The notes under the pieces: model-generated
The model's database searches: none
The model's input: the letters and a program-made list of their open reading frames with translations, nothing else
What the model was told of the DNA's origin: nothing
Source: an uncultured Candidatus Saccharibacteria bacterium
GTDB taxonomy: Bacteria > Patescibacteriota > UBA1384 > XYA2-FULL-43-10 > 1-14-0-10-43-13
Length of the DNA stretch: 64,000 nucleotides
Assembly: GCA_964364265.1 (NCBI GenBank)
Contig: CAYILA010000004.1
Coordinates: 9,126 to 73,125, forward strand
Reading direction: 5' to 3'
Translations under genes and position numbers: made by a program
Part shown: in pieces, positions 57,431-64,000 of the stretch
How positions within the stretch are numbered: the first letter of the stretch is position 1
Layout: the number at the start of each line of letters is the position of its first letter

Positions 57431-60076
57431 TTATTTCGGCCACTTTGCGATCATAATCGATTCCGATAGTTTCGGATAAATCTGGCGCAAATCCTGCCAG
57501 ACAGCTTCGGTTACAAACGGCATGAATGGGTGAAGCATAATTAGAGTTTCTGAAAGAACTTTCATTAAGATTTTCTTCGTATTTGTGATCACCTCAATAG
57601 ATTCATTGTCATTCGGTTTTCGGTTTTCGGTTACGAGACCCGTTTCGGTTACGTCGGACGTTTTACGTGACCGCTCGACGATACGGACTTCGCCTGCCTC
57701 GCCGGTAGGCGGGTTACCGTTACCGCATGACGGTTGTAGCTGTGCCTTCGATGCTTCGATGTAAACATCGGCAAAGCTGTGCCAGAAGTACTCGTACAGC
57801 TTCTCACCCGCAAGCGAAAATTTATATTCATCGAGTAAGCGTGTTACTTCATTTTTGATCTCTTCATGCTCTTTCAAGATTGCTTTGTCGGCATCTGTCA
57901 ACCCGGGGACAGTCCCCGAGGGGGACAGTCCCCTTGCAATCCTTGATTCTCCAATGTCACCGCTCTGTAAGTCACCGTCTGAAACTCGCAGGATCACATA
58001 GCGCGAGGCGTTCCATATTTTATTCGAGAAATTTCGATATCCCTTGATTTTCGCCTCGCCAATGGGAATATCCTGGCCGGGCGTTGAGCCCACCACAAGT
58101 GCCATACGCATGGCGTCCGTACCGTATTTGGGTATTAAATCAAGAGGATCAAGGACATTGCCCAAAGATTTGCTCATCTTGCGGTTCTGCTCATCGCGCA
58201 CTAAACCATGGAGATAAACAGTCTCAAAGGGCGCTTTACCTGTAAATTCCAGTCCAAACATTATCATTCTAGCTACCCAGAAGAAGAGGATGTCGTAGCC
58301 GGTCTCCATCACACTCGTCGGATAGAAATATTGATAATCGCAATTAGTTATTCCCGACGCATAGGAGAATGGATGACTATTGCAATTTTCTTCGCTGTCA
58401 TCCTCGGGCTTGACCCGGGGATCTTTCGAAAGATTCCCGATCTGGTCGGGAATGACATCGCTGGACTGAGGCCAGCCAAGAGTTGAGAACGGCCAAAGAG
58501 CAGAGGAGAACCAGGTATCAAGCACATCCTCGTCCTGAACCCAGCCATCGCCTTCCGGCGGTTCAACGCCGACATAGATCTCGCTGTCGCTCGACAAATC
58601 CGAATCTCTAATATCTAAACCTACCTGTCCGGTAGGCAGGTCCGAAACAATTTTTGAATTTTCAAAATTCGAATTTCTAATTTCTTTAGGATTTAGGATT
58701 TCGGATTTCGGATTTCCTGCCTGTCTGTACCAAACCGGTATCTGATGTCCCCACCAGAGCTGACGCGAAACACACCAGTCGCGGATATTATCCATCCACT
58801 GGTAATACACTTTATCGAACCTGTTTGGAATTATTTTAATCTCACCGCTCTCAACCGCTTCTTTCGCCTTGTCGGCCAACGGCCGCATCTTTACAAACCA
58901 CTGTTTGGATGGAATCGGCTCAATCGATCCCCCACACCTATAACACTTGGATAAGTTATTCGTAATCTCCTGCTCCTTTTCAAGCAGTCCCTGGCTCTTC
59001 AAGTATTCAACCAATTTCTCGCGTGCCTCCGACACTTTTATACCGGTATATTTCCCGGCTTCATCCGTCATCTTGCCGTATTCATCAATAACTTTGATGA
59101 CAGGCAAACCGTTATCCTCGGCCATTTTCCAATCGGCGAATGAGTGCGCCGGCGTCAAACCGACCGCGCCTGTTCCGAATTCCTTATCTATCGATCGATT
59201 GGCGATAATTTTAATAGTCCTTTTGACTCCATCAATATCAACTTCATATGATTTACCCACAAATTCCTGATATCGCCGGTCATCCGGGTTTACGGCCACG
59301 CCGGTGTCGCCCAATTTTGTTTCGGGACGGGTGGTGGCGATGGTTACGGGAAAATTTTTATCGTATTTGAAGTAATATAATTTAGCGTTTTGTTCCTCGT
59401 ATTCCACCTCATCATCGGAAATTGCCGTCTGGCAACGCGAACACCAATTCACTACCCGCAACCCTCGATAGATGAGGCCTTTTTCGTATAGCTGGACGAA
59501 AGCTTCGCGCACGGCGCGGTTTAAGCCCTCATCCAATGTAAAGCGCTCTCTTGACCAATCGCAAGACGCTCCGAGGCGCTTTATCTGCTCGGTGATGATA
59601 CCTCCGTACCGCTCCTTCCACTCCCAAACTTTTTCGACAAATTTCTCCCGCCCAAGATCGTGCCTATTGATCCCCTGTTTCCGTAATTCTTTATCAACCA
59701 CTGTTTGAGTGGCAATACCGGCATGATCCGTGCCTGGCAGCCACAGAGTCGGCTCGCCTTTCAAACGATGATATCGAGTCAAAATATCTTCCAAGGTGAC
59801 AAACATGGCGTGACCCATATGCAATTTACCTGTAACATTCGGCGGCGGCATTGAAATCACAAAGGGCTTGCCGTCTTTGTCTCGATCATAGCTGAAGGAA
59901 CAACCACCAACCTTGTCATCCTCGGGCTTGACCCGGGGATCTTTTGCAACAAGATTCCCGCTTTCGCGGGAATGACAATAAGAAGTCTCCGGTTTAAAAT
60001 AACCTTTTTCTTCCCATTGTTTATAGAGTTCGGTTTCAAAATTTTGCGGTTCATATGCCTTTGGTATGTTTTTCAT
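57431..60076 (-). CDS. valS: Valine--tRNA ligase lacking the C-terminal coiled-coil arm, with five repeat insertions
   Basis: PPPNVTGKLHMGH, DHAGIATQ, TTRPET, DVLDTWFSS, KMSKS. Confidence 0.99.
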   Translation of the reverse strand: MKNIPKAYEPQNFETELYKQWEEKGYFKPETSYCHSRESGNLVAKDPRVKPEDDKVGGCSFSYDRDKDGKPFVISMPPPNVTGKLHMGHAMFVTLEDILTRYHRLKGEPTLWLPGTDHAGIATQTVVDKELRKQGINRHDLGREKFVEKVWEWKERYGGIITEQIKRLGASCDWSRERFTLDEGLNRAVREAFVQLYEKGLIYRGLRVVNWCSRCQTAISDDEVEYEEQNAKLYYFKYDKNFPVTIATTRPETKLGDTGVAVNPDDRRYQEFVGKSYEVDIDGVKRTIKIIANRSIDKEFGTGAVGLTPAHSFADWKMAEDNGLPVIKVIDEYGKMTDEAGKYTGIKVSEAREKLVEYLKSQGLLEKEQEITNNLSKCYRCGGSIEPIPSKQWFVKMRPLADKAKEAVESGEIKIIPNRFDKVYYQWMDNIRDWCVSRQLWWGHQIPVWYRQAGNPKSEILNPKEIRNSNFENSKIVSDLPTGQVGLDIRDSDLSSDSEIYVGVEPPEGDGWVQDEDVLDTWFSSALWPFSTLGWPQSSDVIPDQIGNLSKDPRVKPEDDSEENCNSHPFSYASGITNCDYQYFYPTSVMETGYDILFFWVARMIMFGLEFTGKAPFETVYLHGLVRDEQNRKMSKSLGNVLDPLDLIPKYGTDAMRMALVVGSTPGQDIPIGEAKIKGYRNFSNKIWNASRYVILRVSDGDLQSGDIGESRIARGLSPSGTVPGLTDADKAILKEHEEIKNEVTRLLDEYKFSLAGEKLYEYFWHSFADVYIEASKAQLQPSCGNGNPPTGEAGEVRIVERSRKTSDVTETGLVTENRKPNDNESIEVITNTKKILMKVLSETLIMLHPFMPFVTEAVWQDLRQIYPKLSESIMIAKWPK
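58397..58456. repeat. In-frame GTCAT...ATGAC element in valS
   Basis: 60 nt; encodes VIPDQIGNLSKDPRVKPEDD. Confidence 0.92.
58596..58723. repeat. In-frame heptamer element with nested 21-nt hairpin in valS
   Basis: Matches 39331-39426 plus cctacctgtccggtaggcagg at 58620-58640. Confidence 0.92.
59915..59976. repeat. GTCAT...ATGAC element within valS
   Basis: gtcatcctcgggcttgacccggggatc...agattcccgctttcgcgggaatgac (CHSRESGNLVAKDPRVKPEDD). Confidence 0.92.
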
Positions 60077-60178
60077 AAGATTAGTATTATGTATTATGTA
60101 TTATGTAAAACACTATCATATTAAATAATGATTTTCTATATCTTGCTTGATACTTACTACATTAATACTAAATACCGG

Positions 60179-61480
60179 CTAAAGCTCGGCGTTTGAATCA
60201 ATATTTATCTCGTTCCACTTGGCAATATCGTCTCTTTTGATATGGTAATAGGCCGCGATTCCAATCATGGCGGCATTGTCGCCGCAGAGGGAAAGCGGGG
60301 GAATCAAGAGTCTTTTTCCTGATTGTTTGAAAACCGCCTCATCAAGCGTTTTACGCAATTTCTCGTTTGCCGACACACCGCCGGCCAATACAAAGGTATT
60401 TGGCTTCAATTTATCATACGCCTTCATACTTTTAGACACCAGGACATCGACGACCGCGTCTTCAAAAGCGGCCGAGATCTCTTGTTTTTTATCCTCATCT
60501 AAATATTTTGAATCAATCACTTCCCGAAGCACCGCTGTTTTAAGACCGGAGAAGGAGAAATTAAAGTTGTTCTCCTTTAATAATGGCCGTGGGAAAATGA
60601 TTGTGCCTGAAATGTTTTTCTGTCTGAATATCATCGCTTTCTTAGATATTTTCGGTCCGCCCGGATAGCCCAATTTCAGCAGCTTTGCCACTTTATCAAA
60701 TGCCTCGCCGGCGGCATCATCAAGAGTTTCCCCGATTACTTGGTACTTTCCCTCACTTTTTGCGTATATCAAAGATGTATGTCCACCCGATACCACCAAT
60801 GCAAGTAGCGGATATTGATAATTTTCCATACATTCATATATTTGCCTTTCGACTTTTGCCTTTTGTCTTTCGGCACAAAGTGCCGAAAAGATGTGTCCCT
60901 CAATGTGATTTATCGGAATAACCGGTAAATCTTTCGCGTAGGCGAGTGACTTTGCCGCATTGAAACCGACTAATAATGATCCGATCAGCCCCGGACCGTT
61001 TGTTACAGCAATGTGGGTTAAATCACTAAATAAATCCATGGCAGACGGCTTACGGTTCACGGTAACGATGCCCGTATCGGTCGCCGTTATTCGTTTTCCG
61101 GCCTGCCTGTCGGCAGACATGGCCGTATACCGCTCACCGCTAGACGATACGGGTTTCGTAACCCTTAAACGATTACCGAGTTCCTGTGTTTCTCTGGCTG
61201 TTTCTAGGGCTTCTTGTATCACCGGCATTATTGCCTCCATATGAGCTCTGCTGGCCACTTCCGGTACAACCCCGCCGGTTTTGGCATGCAGATCGATTTG
61301 TGAGGATACTATGTTCGATAGAATAACCGGACGATTGCCTACCGACGACAGACTACCGCTTGATTTTCGTTCTTGTCCTGTTGTCTGTCGTCCGTCGACT
61401 GTTGTCTCTGTAATCACGGCCGCCGCCGTTTCATCGCAAGAACTTTCGATCGCAAGAATTTTTATTGTTTGTTCCTTCAT
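60179..61480 (-). CDS. tsaD: tRNA t6A37 threonylcarbamoyltransferase TsaD with three repeat insertions
   Basis: ILAIESSCDET, GGVVPEVASRAH, HIEGH, VSGGHT, DDAAGEAFDK, FSFSGLKT, DNAAMIG. Confidence 0.98.
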   Translation of the reverse strand: MKEQTIKILAIESSCDETAAAVITETTVDGRQTTGQERKSSGSLSSVGNRPVILSNIVSSQIDLHAKTGGVVPEVASRAHMEAIMPVIQEALETARETQELGNRLRVTKPVSSSGERYTAMSADRQAGKRITATDTGIVTVNRKPSAMDLFSDLTHIAVTNGPGLIGSLLVGFNAAKSLAYAKDLPVIPINHIEGHIFSALCAERQKAKVERQIYECMENYQYPLLALVVSGGHTSLIYAKSEGKYQVIGETLDDAAGEAFDKVAKLLKLGYPGGPKISKKAMIFRQKNISGTIIFPRPLLKENNFNFSFSGLKTAVLREVIDSKYLDEDKKQEISAAFEDAVVDVLVSKSMKAYDKLKPNTFVLAGGVSANEKLRKTLDEAVFKQSGKRLLIPPLSLCGDNAAMIGIAAYYHIKRDDIAKWNEINIDSNAEL

Positions 61481-61545
61481 TCGTTAGGTGATACTACCAT
61501 TTTTTCTTGTTTTTCTCAAGCTCAACATATGCGATATATTGTTTT

Positions 61546-61647
61546 GTCATCCCGAGTGAAACGAAGTGTAACCGAGGGATCTTTGTATAGTAAACTCGAT
61601 TTATTTATAAGATTCCTCCGCTCTCGCGACACACCGGTCGGAATGAC
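61546..61647. repeat. GTCAT...ATGAC palindromic element
   Basis: gtcatcccgag...gagggatct...agattcctccgct...gtcggaatgac. Confidence 0.88.
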
Positions 61648-61680
61648 AATTCGGATATATCTGTGATAGAATATACCTAC

Positions 61681-62628
61681 ATGGAAAACATATTCCAATC
61701 CGATGAGTGGGCTGATTTTAAGTTGGCAACCGGATATCAGGAGAGCTTCCGGATCAATAGCATTTTAATATTAAAAAAAATCCTCCCGTTCGGCCGCTCG
61801 ATGCTCTACTCGCCGATGGTGTCCGGTTCGCAGGTTGCGGGACTTAGGGCGCAGACATTCATTGACCAAGTAAATTCTATCGTTTTGAAATCTAAATCAA
61901 TTTTTTTTCGTCTGGAGTTAGATGTGCCTAGCGACAATGAAGCAATTAAACAATTTAACAATTTGCGAAAGCCGGGCTTTCGCAAGGCATTTGAGGAAAT
62001 GCAGCCCGAAAACTCACTTGTAATTGACCTCGCAAAGACCGAAGAAGAGATTTTATCCGGTATGAAGCAAAAGGGTCGCTATAATATCAAAATCGCCCGG
62101 AACGCCGGCCTTCTTATTTCATCGGACAATAAGAAAGGGGAGATGCTTGACAATTTTTACTGGCTTTATACCGAGACCGCCAAACGGCAGAAGATCACCT
62201 TTAGAGCCAAGGCATATTTTGAAAAGCTACTTGATAATTTAGGTGGAAAGGATTATGCTCGCCTGTACAATGTTTACGCCAGAAATCCGGACGATGGGAA
62301 AGTCTTGTCAGCCGCAATCGTCGTCTATTCGGGGGAGAAAGCGATATATCTTTTCGGCGCTTCCTCCGACGAACACCGGAATCTGATGGCGCCATACCTG
62401 ATGCAATGGCAGATGATTAGAGACGCCAAAGAGAAGGGTTATAAAACATACGATTTCTTCGGGATTGCTCCCAACGACGACGAAAATCACCCTTGGGCCG
62501 GCATAACCAGATTCAAAAAGCAATTCGGAGGCGAAGAGATAAAGATTTTGGGCAGTTACGACCTTGTCTTTAAACCATTTGAGTACAAAGTGTTTAAAAT
62601 GGCTGAAAAACTTAGGAGAAAGAGCTAA
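61681..62628 (+). CDS. FemAB/FemX family peptidoglycan bridge peptidyltransferase
   Basis: FQSDEWA.FK, MKQKGRYNIK.A, YLFGAS, YDFFGI, RFKKQFGG. Confidence 0.93.
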   Translation: MENIFQSDEWADFKLATGYQESFRINSILILKKILPFGRSMLYSPMVSGSQVAGLRAQTFIDQVNSIVLKSKSIFFRLELDVPSDNEAIKQFNNLRKPGFRKAFEEMQPENSLVIDLAKTEEEILSGMKQKGRYNIKIARNAGLLISSDNKKGEMLDNFYWLYTETAKRQKITFRAKAYFEKLLDNLGGKDYARLYNVYARNPDDGKVLSAAIVVYSGEKAIYLFGASSDEHRNLMAPYLMQWQMIRDAKEKGYKTYDFFGIAPNDDENHPWAGITRFKKQFGGEEIKILGSYDLVFKPFEYKVFKMAEKLRRKS

Positions 62629-62695
62629 TTGCTCAATGGCTCGATTGCTCGATTGTTAGGATAACAATGGAACAGTCGAACAATAGAACAATGGA
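62627..62695. repeat. Octamer-periodic inverted array
   Basis: attgctcaatggctcgattgctcgattgtt ... aacaatggaacagtcgaacaatagaacaat. Confidence 0.7.
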
Positions 62696-62699
62696 GCTT

Positions 62700-64000
62700 A
62701 TGAAGCGTTTTTTATCCAACATTCTTCCCCAGTCTACAAAAAACAAGTATCACAAAGCCCAAGCCAAATGGGCTCGTATTAGGTATGGAAACCCGAGTCG
62801 CGACCTAACAATTATCGGCGTCACCGGCACCAAAGGCAAAACAACCGTCTGCTCGATGATCTCGGCAATTTTAGACGCCGCCGGGCTTCATAACGCCATG
62901 GAGACCACAATCTCCACCAAGATCGGCAACTTGGTTACTCCACACAGGGTCAAAGACAAGTGGGTGACCACCCCGCCGGCTTCGGTGATCAATAAATTCT
63001 TTAGGCAAGCACTCGACGCAGGTTGCAAGTATCTGATTATGGAAGTAACCTCACAAGCGATTGACCAATACCGCGTCTTCGGGATTGAATTTGATGTTTT
63101 GGTCTATACCAATCTTTCTCACGACCACCTTGACTACCACAAAACCAAGGAGAACTATCTTGCCGCCAAAATGAAAGTGTTTGAAGACAATCCGAACGCT
63201 ATATTCGTAATTAATCGTGACGACGCTCACTGGAATAAGTTTTACGATCTTCCAGCCAAGGAGAAATTTCTTTATTCGGTGAAGACCCCGATTGAGCACG
63301 GTGCAGTAGCCAGAAAGATATTGAAGACATCCGACACCGCTACCTTTACCGCCGCCTATGATGACGGTCAATTTGCCGGTCAAATCACAGTTGCCCTAAA
63401 CCTCCCGGGAGTGTTCAATGTTCAAAACGCTCTTTCCGCTTTCTGTGTCGGCCGTGCCTTGGCCATCGAACCGGAAATAATCAAGAAGGGACTGGAAAGT
63501 ATTGAAACAGTTACCGGCCGGATGGAATCAATCAGAGTCTCCCAAAAGCAGGATTTTACAGTCCTGGTTGACTACGCTCACAACCCGGATTCGCTCAAAA
63601 ATGTCTACGAAACGGTCCGCGAGAGCATCGACAAGACAGGCGGACGGATAATTGCCGTCTTGGGCGCTACCGGCCGCCGCGACCGGACAAAACGGCCGAT
63701 TATGGGTGCCTTGGCCGGTTGTTATGCCGATTATGTTATTTTTACGAATGAGGATCCTTACGATGAGGCACCCGAAGCTATTATGGAAGAGGTAGCCGAG
63801 GGTATTCACAGGGGAAGCAAAAAGCATCAATGGTACCTAAACCGCAATTATTGGAAGGTACTTGACAGAGGCCAGGCGATTCACAAGGCGATTAAAGAGG
63901 CAAAGAAGAATGATGTCGTCATTATAACCGGCAAGGGTGCTGAAGAGGTGATGGCTGTCGGCCGTGACAAGTTTGTGCCTTTTTCCGACCGCAAGATCGC
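62700..64000 (+). CDS. murE: Mur ligase MurE, truncated by the window end and absent from the ORF track
   Basis: Manual translation: IIGVTGTKGKTT, MEVTSQ, TNLSHDHLDYH, GRME, VDYAHNPD, GKG. Confidence 0.92.
   Translation, partial: MKRFLSNILPQSTKNKYHKAQAKWARIRYGNPSRDLTIIGVTGTKGKTTVCSMISAILDAAGLHNAMETTISTKIGNLVTPHRVKDKWVTTPPASVINKFFRQALDAGCKYLIMEVTSQAIDQYRVFGIEFDVLVYTNLSHDHLDYHKTKENYLAAKMKVFEDNPNAIFVINRDDAHWNKFYDLPAKEKFLYSVKTPIEHGAVARKILKTSDTATFTAAYDDGQFAGQITVALNLPGVFNVQNALSAFCVGRALAIEPEIIKKGLESIETVTGRMESIRVSQKQDFTVLVDYAHNPDSLKNVYETVRESIDKTGGRIIAVLGATGRRDRTKRPIMGALAGCYADYVIFTNEDPYDEAPEAIMEEVAEGIHRGSKKHQWYLNRNYWKVLDRGQAIHKAIKEAKKNDVVIITGKGAEEVMAVGRDKFVPFSDRKI

Noticed and set aside
57431-57530. 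ValS C-terminal truncation as a pseudogene
   Set aside because: Catalytic, editing and anticodon-binding regions are intact, and loss of the coiled-coil arm is known in other lineages.
517-63830. Numerous 60-220 aa antisense or alternate-frame ORFs in the track
   Set aside because: They are shadows of confidently identified genes and show no motifs.

Overview
This is a core-genome segment of a small-genome bacterium. Gene content and style (truncated ValS, split PolA, PilX-like protein, tRNA-Arg(GCG), short orphan ORFs) suggest Patescibacteria/CPR; that assignment is inference. It carries recA, ftsK, rnj, pnp, rpsO, rpsT, lepB, holA, split polA, dnaB, dnaX, a type IV pilus cluster, gmk, gltX, rplS, rpmA, dnaE, ndk, gdhA, trxA, mnmA, valS, tsaD, a FemAB-family gene, partial murE, four intact tRNAs and two degenerate tRNA copies. 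The main signal is a dense set of tiny repeat elements: GTCAT...ATGAC palindromes, 7-9-nt periodic inverted arrays, 15-21-nt GC hairpins and CCCCT...AGGGG hairpins. They fill most intergenic spacers, nest inside each other, and sit in frame in about ten housekeeping genes. Coding copies of the measurable short inserts are 21 nt while intergenic copies are 19 nt, which points to selection for reading frame. Three small genes (four-helix bundle, DUF559-like endonuclease, GIY-YIG nuclease) have repeat or tRNA-duplication flanks and are candidate mobilisers. Also notable are an HU/IHF-like domain fused to the PilB ATPase and a roughly 600-nt promoter-to-terminator unit without a credible ORF. All calls come from reading the sequence by eye; no searches were run.
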